A DNA stretch of 64,000 bases from NCBI RefSeq assembly GCF_006345805.1, contig NC_043012.1, positions 18,166,001-18,230,000 on the forward strand. The letters run 5' to 3'. The notes under the pieces were generated by a model. It ran no database searches. It was given only the letters and a program-made list of their open reading frames with translations, and was not told the DNA's origin. The DNA comes from Octopus sinensis (Eukaryota). The stretch's first letter is position 1; every line of letters starts with the position of its first letter. Position numbers and translations under genes: made by a program. Positions 27,328 to 41,355 of this stretch are shown one piece after another.

Positions 27328-28539
27328 GAGTGTGTGTGTGTGTGTTTCCTGATCGCAATATTAATTTATTTCACCATCTCACAAGCTGGTAAAAAGCACA
27401 AAATTGTTCGTTTACTATCTATCTATCTATCTATTTATCTATATCTACTGAAGAAATTTTTAGCAACCTTAATAATGTTTAAATATCTATTGGGTGCTCA
27501 TCAGAAGTGTCCACATCACTTGACCAATGCTAGATAATCAAGCAGCCGTTCTGTTTATATACAGAAAAATCTAATTGCTTCAGAGTACTGGGCTTTATAA
27601 TTTGCATATTAGAAGTAGTTAGCAGTTTACATAAACCCCTCCTCGAATTTATAACTCTGTCTAGTTCATTGAGCCTTACTGAACTCTCCAATAGAGAAAT
27701 ATCTTATGCGCAGCACCTATCACTTATTCTAGGCCACATCAGAACAAAAATAAACATCGTCTGATTCTGGTTGGAGCTGAACACATTTCCATGTATTGAT
27801 TAAACAAATAACATGTGTTAAACTGTTTTCGCTAATGAACTTCACTTCTCCATATATTTGAATGTTTTAACTTCTCTAGTTGACATTAGCATTTATAAAA
27901 GCCATCTGCTCTAACATACTAGCATTGCTATCAACCATTACATAAATTGAGATCTGTATAAAACGCTACCTATAAATTAACGTGTTTTACATTAGTTTGA
28001 TTTCATTCAATCATATATTCCTATAGTATATATGCGTAAGTATACATGTGGCACGCCTGTGGCGGGAATGCTGGCAAGATAGGTAACATGAATGAAGCTC
28101 CAACATCAAAACAGCTAACCATAAAGTCAGCAATTCGATGAAAGGCAATTATGTTAAAAGAACGTATTTATAAAGCATTTATAAAGCAATAACAAAATAA
28201 AACCTAAATGCTGCCAACAAATTTTAATACATATGTATATACACACGATGCGTTTTAAATACAGTTACTATCCGATACTAAGCATAATATCATTGTAAAT
28301 ACCACTATCATATTTACAGTTATCTGCTGTGGAAAACTGAGGCCGCCTTATTCACATTAGTGTCGCACTACTGTTGCAAACATAACGAAAGAACTATACT
28401 TTTTGTTTGTATATAACATACACGTACGCGTTTATATATTGCTAAATATAAGAATTAAATTGAAGCGAAACGAACTGATAAGTGGATGCATAATAGCAAT
28501 GAAATCCGAGTAATATTTATGTTAAAGCAATGGACATAC

Positions 28540-29010
28540 GTACACAAATGCGCCCCACCGAATTTGTTTCCTCATAACTTCCAGAAAAAAAAAGAATTTT
28601 TATTCTGAAATTTTCTTCAGCTACGCTTCAGATTGTATAGATTCCAATTATTTGGGAATATTTTGTGGAAATGTATTTTCGTGTGTGTGGGGAAAGGAGT
28701 TTCATAAAATTCACGCGCGTCGTTTCCGTATAACTTTTGATAAAAATGGGTCTTTTCAATGATTTTGACAAATATATTTCAGAAAGTGTAACTAAAGATA
28801 CTATCGGAAATTAATAGGAAAATAAAAGTTAGTGGGAAAGTACACGTACAAAGTGACACACACCATATGTTTTATGGGAAACTTTATTTCACATCAAATT
28901 CCAATGAACTACGCTACAACCATCTGAAGCGTATTTCTAGAAAATTTCATTAAATATCTATTTTTCTTAGAGTTATGAAGAAAGAAGTTCATTTGGTCTC
29001 ATATGTATAA
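28540..29010. mobile_element. Degenerate MITE-like inverted-repeat element
   Basis: 'tcataacttccagaaaaa...gaaattttcttcagctacgcttcagattg' pairs imperfectly with 'catctgaagcgtatttctagaaaatttc...ttcttagagttatga'. Confidence 0.45.
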
Positions 29011-29461
29011 GTATGTTGCAGCTAACTCCGGGCGGTTACTGTATATCAATGAGCATGCGTTGCCGTGCGTCCGTCGTAAACGTGTATTAGTTTAGATAAT
29101 ACTCGTAGATATAATCGTTATTTAGCCCCGGGAAACAGCGGCTGCAGCTGGCTATACGCCATGCTATCTGCGTCCTTATATTTTCGAAAAAGGGAGTCTA
29201 GAGTGCCTACTCAGCTGAGAGCAATATCTGCGCACCAATGCTTTCTGGGTTATTTCCCCTCATCAACACAGAATAACAGCTCGGCGAGAGATGGCACCAC
29301 TAATCCCTTGTTTCGAAATATATATATATATATATATCTTCAAAGGGACACACAGTCACTGATCAAAGAAACAGGAACTTATTATTTCTAAATCTCTAAA
29401 GGAGAGACATTCAGTAGCAGTACTCTAGAGTAAAGATTATTTGCCAACATAATGTGGCAGT

Positions 29462-29742
29462 CCTGCTTAGGACGATTGCTACTGTTATTTGATCCAAGGC
29501 AACAACGTATCCAGCTGGCTATACGACCCACTATCTGCGTCTTTATATTTTCGAACGAGGGAATCCAGCGTTCCCACTCAGTTCAGAGCAATATATGCGT
29601 ACCAATTCTTTCTGAGTTATTTCTCTTCATCAGCAAAGAATAGCTGCGCGTCTAGAGATGGCGTCACTAAACACTTGTTCGAAAGCTATCAGAAGACGAT
29701 GTTTCTTGGGGCTAAATAACAGTAGCAAACGTCCTAACCAGG
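29462..29742. mobile_element. About 280-bp MITE with about 29-bp TIRs; partial sister copy at 29117-29318
   Basis: Left CCTGCTTAGGACGATTGCTACTGTTATTT versus reverse complement of the right end CCTGGTTAGGACGTTTGCTACTGTTATTT (27/29). Confidence 0.75.
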
Positions 29743-29744
29743 CC

Positions 29745-30680
29745 TGTCCGTGCTTTCAAAACTGCATTAAGTCTTCTGGGCATAAAGTCGACTAAATATC
29801 TGCATATAACCGATGAAATCGACCTCCATTCATTCTGAATGACATCTTTCAACTGTGTTTCATTGCGGGGTTTTTCCCCTCAATCTTTCTTTTCAAAACA
29901 TCCCCACAGATGTTCTATTGTGTTCAAATCAAGCGACATGGTAGACCAAGCTAATACCTTTACCTTTTTATCTGATAAAAAAAAAACTAAGACGTCATCT
30001 TTGAAGTGTGTTTAGGGTCATTATCACGTTGGAACATGGAATATCCTCCTAGTTCCTTGATGCTTTTTAACATTGCTTTCTGCAATATGACACAATAAAG
30101 CCTTGCATCCATCGTTCTCTCAGTAAATGAGAGTCTTCCCACACCAGCCGCACTCATGCATCCTCAAGGCATAATACTCCCGCCACCGTGTTTCACGGTA
30201 AGCACGGTGCATTCGCCGCTTTTATCTTCACATGGTGGTCGCCATACTCGTTTAATACCATCTGTCGTAAGCAAATCGATTTTAGTCTCATCAGGAAAAG
30301 AATTTTATTCCCAAACTCTTTCCTCTTACTCACATAGGTTTCGGCAAAAGAAAGACAACTTCATTTATGACTGGTAACGAGGAGAGGCTTTTTTACGAGG
30401 AATGCGTCCCTAAAGATCACACTGGTTCAAACTTTAGCAGAGTGTTTGGGCGGATACTCTCTTCCTACTGAAACAAGACGCTTCTCGGGCCAAAGATGAA
30501 GCGTTACGACGCCTGTCGTCCATTAAGCAACGTTGTATGTGGATAGTATCACGCACAGTTAATACAGAAGGATGACTTCGACGTTTATTATTTATTGCTT
30601 TGCCGTCCAGCAGCTTTATAGTTCTGAATTACCTGGGCAATTATCTGAAGATGTGAAGAAAATTATTTCTAAATTGCACA
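29745..30680 (-). mobile_element. Degenerate Tc1-like transposase
   Basis: Manual translation gives PDETKIDL, TVKHGGGSIM, FQRDNDPKHTS, DLNTIEHLW, MPRRLNAVLKA (DD34E-type motifs) with stops and frameshifts. Confidence 0.9.
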
Positions 30681-30894
30681 AGAATGATTTAGAATACAAG
30701 TTCATTAGCAATCGAATACATATTAGCGTTTGAAAATAAATATTTCGTCCGTATCATTGAAAACTTTTATTGTTTTGTCTTCCAAACTTGTATGATGGCT
30801 GCATGTAAATTTTATTCTGTATAAAATTCGTTTCATTCCCTTCAATATTATCATAGTAATGGCAATTTTACAGAATGCTTTTGGAGATACATAC

Positions 30895-31245
30895 TTCTAT
30901 GGTTAGGGCAGCAGACTCGCGATCGTAGGATCGCAGTTTCGATTCGCAGACGGGGAGTTGTGAGTGTTTATTGAGCGAAAACACTCAAAGCTCCACGAGT
31001 TCCGACAGTGTGTGGTAGCAAAACTTGCTGTAATCTTTCACCACTTTCTGTCACTCTTTGTTCCCGTTTCTGTTGTAACCTGTATTTCAAAGGGCCAGCC
31101 TTGTTACACTCTCCCTGTGACCTACGTTAAGGGTACACGTGTCTCTGGATTGCTTAACCACTTGCACGTTAATTTCACGAACAGGCTGTTCCGTTGATCG
31201 TATTAACTGGAACTCTCGCGTCGGAAACGACGGAGTGCCACTACT
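30895..31245 (+). mobile_element. tRNA-derived SINE with family-3 head and a different body
   Basis: 'ggttagggcagcagactcgcgatcgtaggatcgcagtttcgattc...ttgtgagtgtttattg' is shared with the 22.1-22.4 kb copy; the 3' body differs. Confidence 0.75.
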
Positions 31246-31629
31246 ATATATATACAGATCTATAGATACGAGCGTAGGAAGTTTATGAGTTTCAAGCAAT
31301 AGGCTCCTAGTATAGAGAAGAAGTGAACAGTATACTATTGGCATTTGTAGTTATACCTGTTTTTCCACAATGTTACAAAGAATTGCAATCAATTCTAAAC
31401 GGCTTACGACAAAATAAAGAATTTGTATGAACTGTAGTAGTTGACAAGTAGTTGACGGTGTAGATCGTCTGCATTGATTACTGTGTTAGTTTAATATCCT
31501 AAATACGTTGGAAGTGGGTGAACATATTAATCCTGCGAAAGGTTATTCTAGATGACCATTTCCAAATATTTATTTGGGTAATACGATTCTTAGACCTGAC
31601 CCGCACATCTCAAGTTATAACACACAAGC

Positions 31630-31668
31630 ACACACACAGACACACACATATGTATATATACGTATATA

Positions 31669-31718
<50 letters not shown>

Positions 31719-31910
31719 GTCTGTGTATGTAAGTATGTATCTATGTGTCAAACCTAATTGTGTTTATCGGCATTACTACCTCTGTATCAGTTAATTTAAG
31801 ATTTTTCTTAAAATCACTTGGATGAAGTAGGAGTTTAAGTCCAAATTCACTTGAACACTACTACGTGTTTTCTATACTAAGTACATCTAGCTCTAACCTA
31901 ACGCGTGTAT

Positions 31911-31973
<63 letters not shown>

Positions 31974-31976
31974 TTA

Positions 31977-32030
<54 letters not shown>

Positions 32031-32042
32031 CATATATATATA

Positions 32043-32122
<80 letters not shown>

Positions 32123-32130
32123 ATGCATGT
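31630..32130. repeat. (CA)n/(TA)n microsatellite blocks
   Basis: Directly visible. Confidence 0.9.
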
Positions 32131-32689
32131 ATACTAAATTATATACTATTTTCTAAAAATGAGATGAAACTTCTCGTAGAGTTACATGCTGGAAAGAAGA
32201 TCATTGTTTACTTTGTTTTCCTGCAATTTATTCTTTTTCGTTACTGACAGGAGAAAAAGTGTAAGAAACTTTTATACCCGAAAGCTATGCAATAAACACT
32301 GAAAGAGTTACTGATTAGAAAAATAATTCAGTTAGAGTAATTATGTAAATTGGTGCAGTATTTTCTAAAAAAGTAAATTATCTGCTGAGAAATAGAGAGA
32401 ATAAGTAAATAAATAAATTTGTACTAACGTATAATTTCATTTTAGTTACTAAAATTCTACTTTTCCTTATAAATTGTTTATAAATCTAAACTGAAAATTT
32501 ATTTTCTGAATTTCTTTGATGGAACAAATTTAAGTAAATTCTCATTCTCTTATGAACGGAATAGTCTATTATGTGTTTAAAGCAGTTGATGAAAAAATAC
32601 GCCGAATTCAACTGATTATATTCATGTTGTGTTTCTTCGAGCATAATGGATTACTCCATGGATTCACATAGATTTTTGGTTCGCAGAGG

Positions 32690-33290
32690 GAGATGTCATC
32701 ATTACTCCCTTTTTCGTCTTTGTAAGGCCACACTTAGAATGCTACTTCCTCGGTGGTTTCTCCACTTAAAACAAGACATTACGAGAATTGAGTCATTAAA
32801 GATAGAGCATTCGCTAAAAAACAATATGGGCAAGAATGATCTTGAGGATTGGGACTGCGTTAGAAATTTGAAGCAACATGTTTTGCACGATGTGGAGAGT
32901 ATACCACCAGTACTGTCTAGACGGGCTTAACTGTCCTAACTCACCAAAAGCTCGGACCACATGCTATACGTCACCCACACATTTCATGATCACAACACAT
33001 AAACTCACTGCAAATATAAATTTCTTTTCCGTAACAAGTTCCTGCTCTGTCTTAAGAAAAGATCTCATCACCTTCAAACGATACCTGGAATAATATTTTA
33101 TTCGTCGGGGGATACCAGATAAGCTACCTATACCTGGATACATCTGAGTCAACAACAAGTCCCTCGTTGAATAAACCATAATACTACAAAACTTTACTTA
33201 AAAAATGTCTTCGCAGATCCTACCAGGTGGTGGTGCTATTAATTTATATATGAATTGGTCTCATCTTTGGTCGAAACATAAACATATCTT
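32690..33290 (+). mobile_element. Old copy of the same CR1/L2-like LINE 3' end
   Basis: VRPHLE, QDITRIE and IPDKLPIPGYI*VNNKSLVE correspond to VPDKPPTPGYVSANNNSLLE at 16.4 kb; 3' 'ggtgctattaa' shared. Confidence 0.75.
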
Positions 33291-33292
33291 AG

Positions 33293-33635
<343 letters not shown>

Positions 33636-34644
33636 ATTTTTCGGTCGGTAACTGATGAAGTATTAGGGTTCAAGTTAGTGTCTGTCCTACGTGTACGGTT
33701 TGTAGCATTTAATGCATTCTTTTTATTCTCTTTATGGAATAACTGAACGTCACTCATCTTGACTTTTGATAACAGTATGTTTATGTATTCATGTTGCAAA
33801 AGCATTACAGCAGCTTTAGCACGTTTATTCCGATATTTTTCTGAAAATTTGAAAGATCAAAAAGAACAATGCAAGCCAAACTAAATAGCAGTATCAAGTG
33901 TAGACATTGTAGCTGAAACTTCTTTATGTTATATCAACTAGCAAAGCCCGAAATGTTCTAAAACATTACTTAACATTTGTCACATTTTTGTGGGACGTTC
34001 TGTTCAATGTAACCAATTCCATTTGATTCGCTCGCTCAAATAAAATAACCAGACTTAATCAGCCAACATGACGGTATATAAACTTTCTTCATTTTCTTTG
34101 CAAGGTAGAACGCATGAAAACGCTGATTACAAACTTATGGCCGTATTTCATATAGACTAACATATTTTGTTCCCTAGTTCAACATAAACTAGCGCCTAAA
34201 ATATGGTGCAATGCTTATTTTTATATATAATATCTAATAGATTAGTCAGGTAAAATAGCTAATTGCTGACGTCACTAATCCCATCAGAAAATAAAGCGTA
34301 ATATTGTGACAAGACAGTCATTATTTTCCTATCTTTAATAAGACAGTCATTATTTTCTTATCTTTAATCTATGTTATTTAATCCTAATGCGCACAAATAC
34401 AATGGACAATTCATATGGAAATAAAATATAAGTTAGGAAATTTATATTCGGTTCATGACAAGATTAAATCTAGCTAGACAAAGATCAAAATATGTTGGCA
34501 CGATTTTGAACATTGCAACACACAAGCATCGATTCACTGCTACGCAATTCTTGTATTAAAGATATATATATATATATTTCACACAAACGTTCATGATTGT
34601 GTCTATGCTTATGTGTTTGTATTTGTGCGGAGACAACTGTGTGC

Positions 34645-34723
<79 letters not shown>

Positions 34724-34786
34724 CATGCGCGTATGTTTGTATGTGCGTATAATTAACATTTATTATGTGTGTGCGTACGTTTAGGG

Positions 34787-34990
34787 CACCGGCTCGGCAG
34801 AATCGCTAACACGCCAGACAAAGAACTAAACGGCTCTTCGTCCGTCTTCACGATCTGAGTTCAAATTTCGCCGTAGTCAACTCTACTTTTTATGCTTTCG
34901 GGGTCGTTAAAATAATAATCAGTAGTGTACTGTGGTTGATGTTATCAACTATCCTCTTCCTGAAACATTTAAGGCCTTGTGCTTGCGTCT
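34787..34990 (+). mobile_element. SINE family 1
   Basis: 'ggctcggcagaatcgctaacacgccag...ctgagttcaaatttcgccg'. Confidence 0.8.
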
Positions 34991-35134
34991 ATCATAGAAA
35001 GCATAATCAAATACACATATGTTTATGTGCCTGTATTTATATGTCTTCTCTATATAGGTAATTCTTTAATTTTGACCCCTGCCTATCCCTCTTTGTTTCC
35101 GTTGTCCTCCCGCGCTCTCCCCATATATATATAT

Positions 35135-35217
<83 letters not shown>

Positions 35218-35380
35218 TGTGTGTGTGTGTGTGTGTGTATTTGTGGTGGGTGAACATGTTTGCGTGTGGATTCTGCTAGACGTGTCATTGCATTTGGTTA
35301 TACATGGTCATTTTCATTTATATTTTCTTGGTGTTTTTCATTGTTGAATTTCGTTAATGTAAGAATGATGAAAGTTACTG

Positions 35381-35580
35381 AAGGCAGTGAGCTGGCAGAA
35401 TCGTTAGTACACCGAGAAAACTGCTTAGTGGTATTTCGCTCGCCTTTACGTTCTGACTTCAAATTCCGTAGAGTTCGAATTTGCCTTTCATTCTTTCCGG
35501 ACAAATATAATAAAATACCAGTTGAACATTTGAGTCGATGCCATAGACTTACCTTCACCGAAATTGCGCCAACATTTGAA
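35381..35580 (+). mobile_element. SINE family 1
   Basis: 'ggcagtgagctggcagaatcgttagtacaccg...ttcaaattccg'. Confidence 0.8.
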
Positions 35581-36949
35581 ATCAAATTTATGAAAGTATC
35601 TCAAAATATGATTTCCGGTGGAATGGATGCTATCCTAAGTAAATCCCGAGGATATCAACAGCTTGTCATTGTAACAATAAAGCAATAAAATTCTCTTCTA
35701 TTTAAAAGGGAAGTTAAAGCTACTCGGATTGAACTTGGTACTCGAACATAACGCTGTCTTATCGGGGTTCGAAAGTGATCAATTACACGTCGCCTCTTTT
35801 CTTATACGTATTGATTCTTTTCTTCGACGATTTCTCAAAACATGTTCAGGCGTCGATATCCGAAGGTATAACAATAACCTCACCTTCACTATTTGTCTAC
35901 TGAAGTAGCATTTCTGAGGAGTTCACGAAATTAATAACATTCTGTGACTAGTTATAAGCTTCTTCGTCTTCATCTTGGAGTACCACTTAGAAGCTTAGAT
36001 ACGTTTTGAACTCTCCTGAAAAGTCGTTAGACAATCATTACTTTTAGGCAATGATATTTACTGTCATTCCATTTTTCTCATTGCGGCTTCCTTGAAATAC
36101 TTCAATGATAATGGTAACATAAAGGCTGCAGTGTCTTGAGATAAGGCACCATTAATTAATTGAAGCACATTGAACGTCTATGCTGCCTTTAATCTAATGT
36201 CGTACGAAAAAGTATATTTTCTGAAGTAACTGCAATGTAGAAACCGTATTTTGTAACTACGGGATGTACTGTGGCACTAGTGGCAATAGTAGTTTGAATT
36301 CTACAGCATAAAGTATTATTCAACCCTAAATGCACTCTTACATCCTGTGACATGCACTTTTTGTTGAGTGCATTCGGAAAAGTATACAGAGATAACGGTC
36401 CTTCATTATCGGTGATAAATATGAAACTATTGTTCAAACACTCTGTCAAGAATATGGCACCATAACGTAGCCGCTTGTTTCATTAAGCAAAACTGGTAAT
36501 TGGATGACGTTATGAGTGTGGAAGCTTATCCTGTATAAGCTGCACTGGATGCGTGGTACCCACATGTTTCAGGGTATAAGTTATGATATCAAGTAAAACT
36601 ATTTCAATGCTTCAGAAACATCTTCATCAAAAGCAGTTACTGTCCATATTGCTTCAGATGTTGCTTTATATCACTTCTGATCTTGCTTAATGTAGTTCTT
36701 TCCTTCTGTCTTGGCACATCTCAAGGTTGTGGAGGTTAAAAGAAAAGAAATAACAGTTTTTAATTAAATCCGCAGTAGAAATGACAGACATACTGCTGTC
36801 TGTTTTTGAATGTTGAAAATTACGAAGATAATATCCACATCAGATTCGGCGTTTAATAGACGACAATGTCTTGATTAAAGCACCAGTGTCTAACATTCAT
36901 GATGTTTTAAACTTTAACGTTCAGTCGAAAAACAGAATAAAGATTTTAT

Positions 36950-38250
36950 CACCATCACCGACTTACCGCATTCACGGCCAGTATAGGCATCTATTTAACC
37001 AATACGTCTGCAAATTTCCAAATAACTAATACGTACATACTCAAGCACATATCCGTATATATCATCTACTCTCAACATATGCCCTTTACAGGCGTAAATG
37101 ACAAAGGTATCCATCATCAAATTCACATCATATGTGTATCCCAAACATATATTACAGCAGAATTCTTTCATGAATTTTGTCACGGACCTTCTAAGTGCAT
37201 CTTCAAATTCAACAACTTCGTCGCGCATTTACCGCTGTCCCTGCCTTACATTATTTGTAACGTTACGAACTTCTACCTACAAAATCTCCGTAACAAATAA
37301 AATATATATTTTGTTATAAAGATCCCCCAAATATATTTTAGTGAGTTGTAACTGTAAATGTTGATGATACAAGCTGCAGTAGTTATCTAGTCTATGGTAA
37401 AAGTACTAAAGTAAAATGTTGGCATAAATCACCGATTACAGCTAGCAGACAGAGAAAAATGTCAATAATTAAACATTGTAACATCAAAATTCCTAGAAAT
37501 ATATCTTTGCTCTCGGGGAATAAAATAATATCTAAACCAATGCGCAAATACAGAGTTTGCTATCCAGCCTTTCCTATTGACTTTCCAATAAACTGGTCGA
37601 GAATCCTTGCAGAACCCTTTATGAGAATGCGGGGTTTCCGATCGATAGATTACCATGAGTATTAATTTTAAATCACCTAATAAAACTACGACTGAGAGAA
37701 ATGTGTTTGACGATTATTAGCCAATTTTAAACTAGGTTGAAATTTTTATTTCTTCGCCAAGAAAATTTTATTAGCCATTCGCTTCCAACACAATCCTGCT
37801 GTGACAGCATTTATAATTTGTTCGTCAACTCAACCACTATATTCAATATTTCTTTGCAGTTCAGCGGGATGTCTTGCTGCGGCAATGGTGATCACGCCTG
37901 CTCTTTCTTGACAGTTTTCACTTTATTGCTTCAAGTCGGTTTCTAAACCCATGATATGATACAGAAATTTGAGAAAACACTTCAATCGTTTTCACCCTGT
38001 CCTGGTTTTCTCACTTTACTTTTCATTCGAATAATTGCGTAGTGACATCTTTCGTTTGATGATCATTCGACTTAAATGTTCTCTTCACTGCTTTTTCTTT
38101 TAAATTGAAAATATTTCATTTCAATTAATTCAGTCTTGTTTTTTCGTTGTATGGATATATGATAAAGGATTACTTTCTCTCTCTTATTTATAAGGCTTGT
38201 GGCTCTGCATAATATTACGCATTATGCATTGCCGTTTCACCATGCACGCA
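36950..38250 (-). mobile_element. Degenerate pogo/Tigger (CENP-B/DDE_1) transposase
   Basis: VIYRSETPHSHKG...PVYWKVNRKGWIANSVFAHWFRYYFIP (ORF 37462..37656) and upstream EQIINAVTAGLCWKRMANKIF, matching the Tigger 'NADETGLFWKRMP' region. Confidence 0.8.
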
Positions 38251-41014
38251 CTCGGTGGATTTTTGATTCAGTAGCAACGTTGTTATACTTACTATTATTT
38301 ATTTTAGCCTGACCGTATAACGCTTCTCCCGACTCTTCATTCAACATTTGCACTAGAAGCATTCACTAGTTAAGCTCTTACTATAAGGAAGTGAAACGGA
38401 AATAATTGAGACTTCGTGTAGCACAGGTGTATATTAATCACGGTTTATAAATTGAGATGAAATCCCAAGAAACGTAGAGCATATAAATAAACAGTACCTA
38501 GTGGTATCTGAGAACAAGTTCAGAATGATGATATGTCTAAAGCAATAAAGCAGAGCATTGCATACAGGAGAAGCGAGAAAAAGTTTAAAACAGTGGCGGA
38601 TACCTTGCCGCTTTATTCTTCATTTTCTAGACACATATATCGCGGTGAATTTAATTCTCAAGCGTAGAAAAGGAATTTTTATTGTAAAATGCAAAGAATA
38701 GAATGTGACCGCCACTTTAGAAGTAAGGAAATATCATCCTTATATAATATGTTTGGTGTCTCTTGACTGCTGTTGTTGACGTACTCAAGGTGACTGTTGG
38801 ATAATCGGGTCATGAGTGATTAAATCGGGAACACTATGAAGGCCGCTTGGTGAGTGTGGTGAATTTTGGACACCTTACTGAATGGAAAATAATATTCATC
38901 AAAGGGCAGATGAAGTCAGAAGAGCCAACGCTCATCCAATTACGTGATGTGTGTGTGTGTGTGTGTGTGTGTGTGTCTGTTTGTGTGTGTGTGTGTCTGT
39001 GTATGTGTGTGTGTGTGTGTGTGTGTGCGGGTATATATGTAAACGCGCGGAATTAAAAATACTGTGTTTGGTACCCAGGTAGCATTTAATCTATCAGAGG
39101 TGGTTGAAATTTAAGCCATAGTGAAGGCAACCATCGAAGAAGCTGGAACGCTGTAATACAAGAGCCCGACGTATATTGTTAATTGAGTTTCCCAGCAAAC
39201 ATATGCACCAAAGTTTAGCTTTCAGGATTTCCGAACGATATGACTAGTCTCACACAAGCCTTTACCGATAAATACAAAACACTAGTGTGGATAGTCCAAC
39301 GACAATAATACTAGGTGTTAGACCCTCATATTTCGACGCTAAGGGCAGAATCCACTATAGATATGGACGTGTGTGTGTGTGTGTGTTCGGAGAGAGACAG
39401 AAAGAAATAGTGGAAGGGGGACAGAGAGATGGGTGATAGCCAAGTTACATTTATCTAAAGTTTAGATTAAATATTGATTTACAATTAATTTACGTTTGCA
39501 AAGGGAGCAGTTTCTTTAAAACTTTGATTTAATAATTATATCTCACTGACTGAAGGTATTCATACTCATTAAATTACGATAGAGTATATATTGTATAAAA
39601 TGTAGTGTCACCTATGCCCTATGCCTTTATACATGAATTATATCAATGGTTTCCAAGAGTTTCGTCTCAAACGTTAATTTTTCTCCCCGTACAACATTAA
39701 ATTTAGGCCTACGGTTGTATTAATTTATGTGCTTTCAATATTCGTTATGCTATTATTTTAGAAATAACCTTGGCGTCAGGATGATAATGCCAGAAATACG
39801 GAATGACGACTGAGGGAGAGAGAGATAAGAAAGAATGTGAAAGAAAGAAAGAAAGAAAGAGGGGGAGGGAGAGAGAGAGTTGTTTTCTGGCAGACGAGAG
39901 TGTCGTCTGGTGTCTGCCTCCTGTATCATTGTCTAGCGATATGTTCTCCTGTGCCTGACGACGTCACTGTGTTTCGGTCTCTCTCAGCGGATCTTCAACA
40001 TGGTCACTCAGCCTACAAGAAATAGCAGCCAAACATCACCGAAAGCCTAACCTTCTCTTTAATAAAGCTCATATTGAACAATGTAGTTCCTGATAGAAAT
40101 AATACACGATAATTTTGTCATGCTCTTAAGAACAAGTTCGATTAAACATTCCATCAAATTGGACTCGACGAAGCAGATCATGTGATATAGCATTCTACAT
40201 TTTCACATATATAGATTCACAAATGAAAGGAAACTATATGAATTTAAACAGCAATAAATATTTTAAAATTAAAAATAAATTTGCGAAAGGAAAGTCACAA
40301 CGTCTTACACGATTGGAATATATTTAGAGTGTCGTACGAAGTAGTTAAAAGCATTGTTCCAAGTTTTATCATTATTGTATAAGATTATTAGCAGAACAAT
40401 CTCAAGATGCGGAGAGCAATGATGTTGAAAATTAGATGAGTAAATAATCGTGGTGCAAAGTTAAGTGTAATCCTGCGTGTTTCATATACTTATCGGTCTG
40501 TTGGGTAAATATATGAGATATTAAGCCTGTCAGCTTGATTATTCAATATATTCGATATCTTAATTGATATTTGTCCACATAACAACCTAGTGAAAACTTA
40601 CATACTCTTCGTATGTATGTATCAGAATAAATATAAGAATCCTTGTGGTGTAAGTTGTGCTGCGTATTTGTGATCAAGATTCAGTTTGTCATAAATGGAT
40701 GATATAATGTTAGAGTAAGACCCCCTTGCGTTATAGCATGTTTTCTGATATTTCTTTAAGACCTGTTGATAAGCAGGACAGATTCCAGTCTAACAGGAAA
40801 CAAAAGATACCAGTGCTTGTGCCTTTGGTGGGGAAATTGCAGGTTGGAAATACCAAGATTTCTCGAATAGAACCATATTGTTCACTGGACGGTCACTATT
40901 ATCTACTATTGTATGTGTATATGTGTGAGTGCATGTGCGCGCGCGTGTGTATAAAACAGTAGATATTACATCTATATAATAGATATAATATATATATATT
41001 ATACCAGTAATATG

Positions 41015-41355
41015 CGAAGGCTCATGACTCAGCGGTTACAGTGTCGGGCTCGCAGTCATAAGGTACAGAGTTCGAATCCCGGACCGGGCTGTGGGATGTG
41101 TTCTTTAGCAAGACACTTTATTTTAAGTTGGTTTACTCCACTCATCTGTAGGAATAAGTTGGGACATCACTAGTACCAAGCTGTATTGGCCTTTGCCTTT
41201 CCCTTGAATAACATTGATGGCTTGGAGACTGGTATGCACGATGGACTACTGGTCTTCCATAAAACAGCCTTGGTTGGACTTGTGCCTCGTGGGTAACTTT
41301 CTAGGTGCAATCCCATGATCATTTATGACTGAAGGGGGTCTTTTTATTTATATCA
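41015..41355 (+). mobile_element. tRNA-derived SINE, family 4 (founder of the tandem array)
   Basis: Head 'ggctcatgactcagcggttacagtgtcgggctcgcagtcataaggtacagagttcgaatcccggacc', CORE-like 'tagcaagacacttta', 3' end 'gaagggggtctttt'. Confidence 0.85.

Noticed and set aside
35750-36750. Possible MULE-like transposase relic or exon (FITDNE...FPNA)
   Set aside because: The similarity is too faint to support without a profile search.
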